DNA of 62,801 nt, filler included. It is 4 parts of 4 records of this genome, joined end to end, with 100 filler letters (N's around TTAATTAATTAA, not from the genome) between each part and the next. Parts side by side here need not be neighbours in the genome. Positions count along the whole stretch, not along the records: positions 56,306 to 62,801 come from SRR20825019_1496; 3 more parts are not named here. The stretch is one strand, 5' to 3'. Below the pieces are notes generated by a model. That model saw only the letters and a list, made by a program, of their open reading frames with translations, made no database searches and had not been told where the DNA came from. The translations under genes were made by a program, and so were the position numbers. Position 1 is the first letter of the stretch; every line of letters begins with the position of its first letter. Of the stretch, positions 58,791-62,801 are shown piece after piece.

Positions 58791-58889
58791 AAAATATTAG
58801 AGATGGGTTTTGTTGCTAATATAATGTATAGCTACTTAAAATGAAACCCTGCATCAGTAAAGTAATTAACAAGCTTTTGCTGAAAATTG

Positions 58890-59801
58890 TTAAGAACCTG
58901 ATTTTTTGTAAGTTGATTTATTTAAAGACACTACAATTATTCCTACAATTACCAAAATTGCACCTCCAAATTGAAGTAACGTTAAACGTTCTCCTAAAAA
59001 AATAGATGCTAAAATAATAGTTGATATAGGACCTAATCCTGCTAAAATTGAAAAATTTGAAGCCCCAATCTCTTTAATACAATAGGACACCAAATAAGAA
59101 GGAATTACAGTGGAGAAAAAAGCCATTGCTAACCCTAACCAATATACATTTGGATGGTATCCAAGTAAAGATGTATGCTCAAAGAGGCTATAATGTAGTA
59201 TTACGCTTACACAAGACACAATCATAGCATAAGATGTAAACCTAACCACTCCAAACTTTGGAATTAACCAATCGCTTCCCACCAAGTATGATGCATAAGT
59301 TATGGCGCTTAAAAAAATAAATCCTGCACCCAAGAGAAATTGTGCTCCATCCACACTTATTTCGTCCCAGAAAGCAATAATAATTCCTATATAAGTTATT
59401 GATATGGCAAACACCTGCACCCTACTAATAGGACGCTTTAAAAAGATACTAGAGAGCAATAAAACTATGGTAGGATAAATAAATAGAATAATTCTCTCTA
59501 TACTCGCTTTTATATATTGAAGTCCTACAAAATCAAAATAACTCGCCAAATAATATCCTATAAAACCAAATACAATTAACCATACATAATTTTTGCTTGG
59601 GAGTTTTTCAGATTCCTTTTTTGTAAAAAGAAGCACAGCAATATAAAAAGGTAATGCAAAAAGCATTCTAAACATCAATAAATTTACTGCGCTTACATTA
59701 TACTGATACGCTAATTTAACCATTACAGCTTTGGCCGAAAACAACACTACACCTAAAATTCCGATTAAAATAACAAGAGGTAATTTCTTTGAGTTTTTCA
59801 T
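58890..59801 (-). CDS. EamA/DMT family transporter
   Basis: About 10 TM helices; FS.KA..VK, ERIILF.YP, LGE. Confidence 0.88.
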   Translation of the reverse strand: MKNSKKLPLVILIGILGVVLFSAKAVMVKLAYQYNVSAVNLLMFRMLFALPFYIAVLLFTKKESEKLPSKNYVWLIVFGFIGYYLASYFDFVGLQYIKASIERIILFIYPTIVLLLSSIFLKRPISRVQVFAISITYIGIIIAFWDEISVDGAQFLLGAGFIFLSAITYASYLVGSDWLIPKFGVVRFTSYAMIVSCVSVILHYSLFEHTSLLGYHPNVYWLGLAMAFFSTVIPSYLVSYCIKEIGASNFSILAGLGPISTIILASIFLGERLTLLQFGGAILVIVGIIVVSLNKSTYKKSGS

Positions 59802-59915
59802 TATCCAAAATTACCATTTTACAAGAAGGTATTCTTATCAAGAATATCAAATTTTACGATGCTCAAAAATGTTTCTTTTCAAATAAAATTATATCTTGTG
59901 TCATATATATTTAAT

Positions 59916-60416
59916 ATGTTACCAAAACCTAAGGCCATAATAGTTATGGGAGTTTCTGGGTCTGGAAAGACTACCATTGGGGAATTACTTTCAGAAAAAA
60001 CAGGAATTCCTTTTTATGATGGAGATGATTTTCATCCTGAAGAAAATATCAAAAAAATGAAAGCTGGACATCCTCTAAATGATGATGACAGATTGGGATG
60101 GCTAGAAAAGATAAACGAATTCTGTATAGAACAAATAGAAGCTAACACAAGCTGTATTATTGCTTGTTCTGCTTTAAAAGGTTCTTATCGAAAAATTCTC
60201 AGAAAAGATATTGAAAAAAGCACAGAGTTTATTTATTTGTTAGGCGACTTCAAGTTAATTGAAGAAAGACTTGCAGGCAGAGTTTCTCATTTTATGCCTA
60301 TAGCCCTACTAAAATCCCAATTTGAGACCTTACAGCCTCCAAAACATGCAATAACTGTAAATATAGCAGATACTCCAGAAGAGATTGTTACCGAAATTCT
60401 TGAACAACTAACATAA
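59916..60416 (+). CDS. gntK: Gluconokinase (GntK/IdnK family)
   Basis: MGVSGSGKT, DGDDFHP..N..KM..G.PL.D.DR..W, CSALK..YR, HFM...LL.SQF..L. Confidence 0.92.
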   Translation: MLPKPKAIIVMGVSGSGKTTIGELLSEKTGIPFYDGDDFHPEENIKKMKAGHPLNDDDRLGWLEKINEFCIEQIEANTSCIIACSALKGSYRKILRKDIEKSTEFIYLLGDFKLIEERLAGRVSHFMPIALLKSQFETLQPPKHAITVNIADTPEEIVTEILEQLT

Positions 60417-60449
60417 AGAAAGCATCGAGAGATATCCCGATGCTTTCTT
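60416..60449. terminator. Hairpin/terminator between convergent genes
   Basis: AAGAAAGCATCG...CGATGCTTTCTT. Confidence 0.75.
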
Positions 60450-60502
60450 AAATTAATTGGTTAGTTGAGTTTTTTTACTCGATATTTATATATCTAGTAA
60501 GT

Positions 60503-61405
60503 TTATTTTAAGTCAAATTGTGTCGACCCTAATTCTTTTAAATTCTGGTCGTAAACCACAACACTGTATTTTCCTTCAGCAAAATCTTCTCCTTCTTTAT
60601 TAATAAAGTCACATACATCTAAAACAGTGTTTTCATAGTAAAAACTAGAAGCTTTACTGTAAGTTATACTTATAGGTTCTGATGTTTCTGTACCTTCTTT
60701 TGCAGCTACAGCACGCTCTCCCATAATTGTTCCAGATGGATCTGTTACTTGAATATAGAATTGTTTAGCTCCAGGTTTTGTAATTTTATTAGCTCCAACT
60801 GTGTAACAAATTTTTAATTTGTCTGCTCTTCTATTATTGTTTACAGAAACAATTTTACCACTATTACGCTCTTTAACAGCTTCCGCAGAAAACTTAGCCA
60901 ACCCTAAAGCAGCTCCTGTTTCTACAACTTTAGAAAGCTGAGTGTTTTGCATAATTAAAGAATCTGTAAACATAGATTGTTCCTGTAAAGCAGTTTTTGT
61001 ACTATCTCTTTGCATAGCCAACAACGTATTTGAAGCTCTTAAAGAATCGTTTTGAGTTAACAAAAATTCACGCTCTTTGGTAAGTTGTTGTACTTGTCTT
61101 CTATATCTAGAAAGCGAACTAATGTCTGCTTTCATTTGCTGTACAGAATCTATATAGGTTGCAATTTTATTTCGTGCTTCTACCAATTCAGCATTTGCTG
61201 ATTCACTTTCAGAAATAGCCCTATCATAATCAGATTTCAAATTATTCAAATCTTCAATAACAAGATTTTTTTCTTTGTTAAGCTTATTAGTAGTCTCTTT
61301 TTTACTGTTATACAGGCTTGCTGTATAAATAAGAGTTCCTATCAAAGCAGCAGCAAGTAGTCCTGCTATTACTTTTAAACCATTATTGGATTTTGTTTCT
61401 GTCAT
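60503..61405 (-). CDS. Hypothetical protein: TM anchor + coiled coil + beta-rich C-domain
   Basis: Long ORF with host-like codon usage; heptad-rich middle region. Confidence 0.8.
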   Translation of the reverse strand: MTETKSNNGLKVIAGLLAAALIGTLIYTASLYNSKKETTNKLNKEKNLVIEDLNNLKSDYDRAISESESANAELVEARNKIATYIDSVQQMKADISSLSRYRRQVQQLTKEREFLLTQNDSLRASNTLLAMQRDSTKTALQEQSMFTDSLIMQNTQLSKVVETGAALGLAKFSAEAVKERNSGKIVSVNNNRRADKLKICYTVGANKITKPGAKQFYIQVTDPSGTIMGERAVAAKEGTETSEPISITYSKASSFYYENTVLDVCDFINKEGEDFAEGKYSVVVYDQNLKELGSTQFDLK

Positions 61406-61645
61406 AAGTTGTTTATTTAAAAATTTGGTATGGCAAAATAGTCATTCTTTTCTATGCCTTACGAATTATATACGTTTAAAAGTTAAAAATAGATTTTTTA
61501 AAACTATTTTATTGTATCATATCAGTTTTTTTTTAACATTTACATATGGAACTCATTTAAACTTTTTCTATTTCCTGAAAATTTCAACGAGTTCATAGAT
61601 TATCTTTTGATAAAAACGTTTACAGCTTTATAATAAATATACAGT

Positions 61646-62662
61646 ATGTCTTCAAATTTGGTTAGTTACGATTTAAAAAAAATCACCCCTTTAATTGCTC
61701 CTAGAAAAGGAGAGCAAAAATTAGGGGAACATATAGAATTATTACATGAGAACGATTCCCTTGTTTCTCAATTATCAGCTTCAGAAACTAAATATGTTTT
61801 AATGGGAATTCCCGAAGATATTGGGGTAATAGCAAATTTAGGAAAGCCTGGAACAAGAAATGCTTGGGAAGCAGCATTGCCATATATTTTAAATATTCAA
61901 AATAACCAATACACAAAAGGTAATAAAGTTTTATTATTAGGGCATTTAGATTTTTCTTCTGAATTAAAAAAAATTGATGCCCTTTCAGGAGAGGAACAAA
62001 TTGAAGAAGCTCGTAATATCACCGCTCTTATAGATACGGAAGTGACTAATATAATCCATAAAATTGTTACTAGCGGAAAGAAACCTATTGTTATTGGCGG
62101 CGGACATAATAATGCCTACGGAATATTAAAAGGCGCTTCATTGGCTTATGGAAATGCTATAAATTGCCTTAATATAGATGCACATACCGATTTTAGAAAA
62201 CGTGAAGGTCGACATAGCGGAAACGGATTCTCCTATGCTTTTCATGAAGGATTTTTAGAAAATTACTTTATCTTTGGGCTTCATGAAAACTATACTTCAA
62301 AAAAAGTATTTAAAACCCTAGAGAAGGAGCCTCGAATTAAATACAATACTTTTGAAGAACTGTATGTGCGTTGCGAAAAAGGCTTTGATTTTGAAATAAA
62401 AGAAGCGATTGATTTTGTAAAACCTTCTAAATTTGGACTAGAAATAGATATGGATTCCATAGAAGGAATGCCTAGTAGTGCCATTACAAGCTCAGGATTG
62501 CCTCTTAATACTGTGAGAGAAATTATATTTAAAAGTAAAAAGGCAAAAAACATTTCTTATCTCCATATTTGTGAAGCTGCTCCGATTATGGAAAACGAAC
62601 GAGAAAAAAACTTAGTTGGTAAAGCAATAGCTTATCTAGTTTCCGATTTTATAAGAAAGTAA
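61646..62662 (+). CDS. hutG: Formimidoylglutamase (arginase family)
   Basis: GGGHNN.YG, NIDAH.DFR, RHSGN, EIDMD, HICE. Confidence 0.85.
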   Translation: MSSNLVSYDLKKITPLIAPRKGEQKLGEHIELLHENDSLVSQLSASETKYVLMGIPEDIGVIANLGKPGTRNAWEAALPYILNIQNNQYTKGNKVLLLGHLDFSSELKKIDALSGEEQIEEARNITALIDTEVTNIIHKIVTSGKKPIVIGGGHNNAYGILKGASLAYGNAINCLNIDAHTDFRKREGRHSGNGFSYAFHEGFLENYFIFGLHENYTSKKVFKTLEKEPRIKYNTFEELYVRCEKGFDFEIKEAIDFVKPSKFGLEIDMDSIEGMPSSAITSSGLPLNTVREIIFKSKKAKNISYLHICEAAPIMENEREKNLVGKAIAYLVSDFIRK

Positions 62663-62732
62663 ATATTTATTAAGTTCTTACATAATTAAAACACATATTA
62701 GATCATTAGTGCTACACTAATGCTTCTACATT

Positions 62733-62801
62733 AAATAAACTCCCTCGAGGTAAGCCTACGAGGTATTTATTAGAAAATAATTTAATCCATTTCGACGTAG
62801 A
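62733..62801. repeat. Probable interspersed palindromic repeat (REP/IS200-end-like), truncated by the window end
   Basis: Bulged hairpin CCTCG-AGG-TAAG-CCT-A-CGAGG (62743-62763); a second TCGA unit seems to begin at the end. Confidence 0.4.

Noticed and set aside
1..62801. CRISPR array, rRNA, integrase or intact transposase
   Set aside because: No regularly spaced repeats, rRNA signatures or recombinase/transposase motifs seen

Overview
This is not one locus. Four unrelated contigs are joined by artificial 100-bp linkers (44 N + TTAATTAATTAA + 44 N). (1) 1-28209 is a moderately GC-rich gammaproteobacterial chromosome segment, Marinobacter-like by gene content (inference). It carries metH (partial), nfuA, a DUF445 gene, tusDCBE, yccA, tRNA-Ser, pxpA, hemH, a phasin/PhaD-like pair, xthA, an 8-gene desaturase-SnoaL-SDR-flavin oxidase-DUF1365-cfa-DUF2878 lipid-modification operon, a renalase-like gene, an HD hydrolase, rssB/rssC-like genes, gpsA, sixA, slyD, ETF-QO and etfB. 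(2) 28310-39136 is an AT-rich Flavobacteriaceae-like segment with an RND efflux pump, TetR, MFS, EamA, alcohol dehydrogenase, sorbosone-dehydrogenase-like and LOG genes. (3) 39237-56205 is a high-GC Rhodobacteraceae-like repABC replicon. It carries a DabBA inorganic-carbon pump with a divergent LysR, an AAA-DUF4143 ATPase, and an uncharacterised catabolic cluster whose three promoter regions share one operator-like motif. (4) 56306-62801 is a second Flavobacteriaceae-like segment with parE/parC-type topoisomerase, EamA, gluconokinase and hutG, ending in a repeat-like hairpin. The best leads are the co-regulated plasmid catabolic cluster with catalytically atypical enzymes, the plasmid-borne DAB pump, an orphan ~92-nt sRNA at 8871-8963, the furan-fatty-acid-like operon, and a TusE carrying the two-cysteine DsrC motif. 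All family assignments come from motif recognition by eye; no database search was run.
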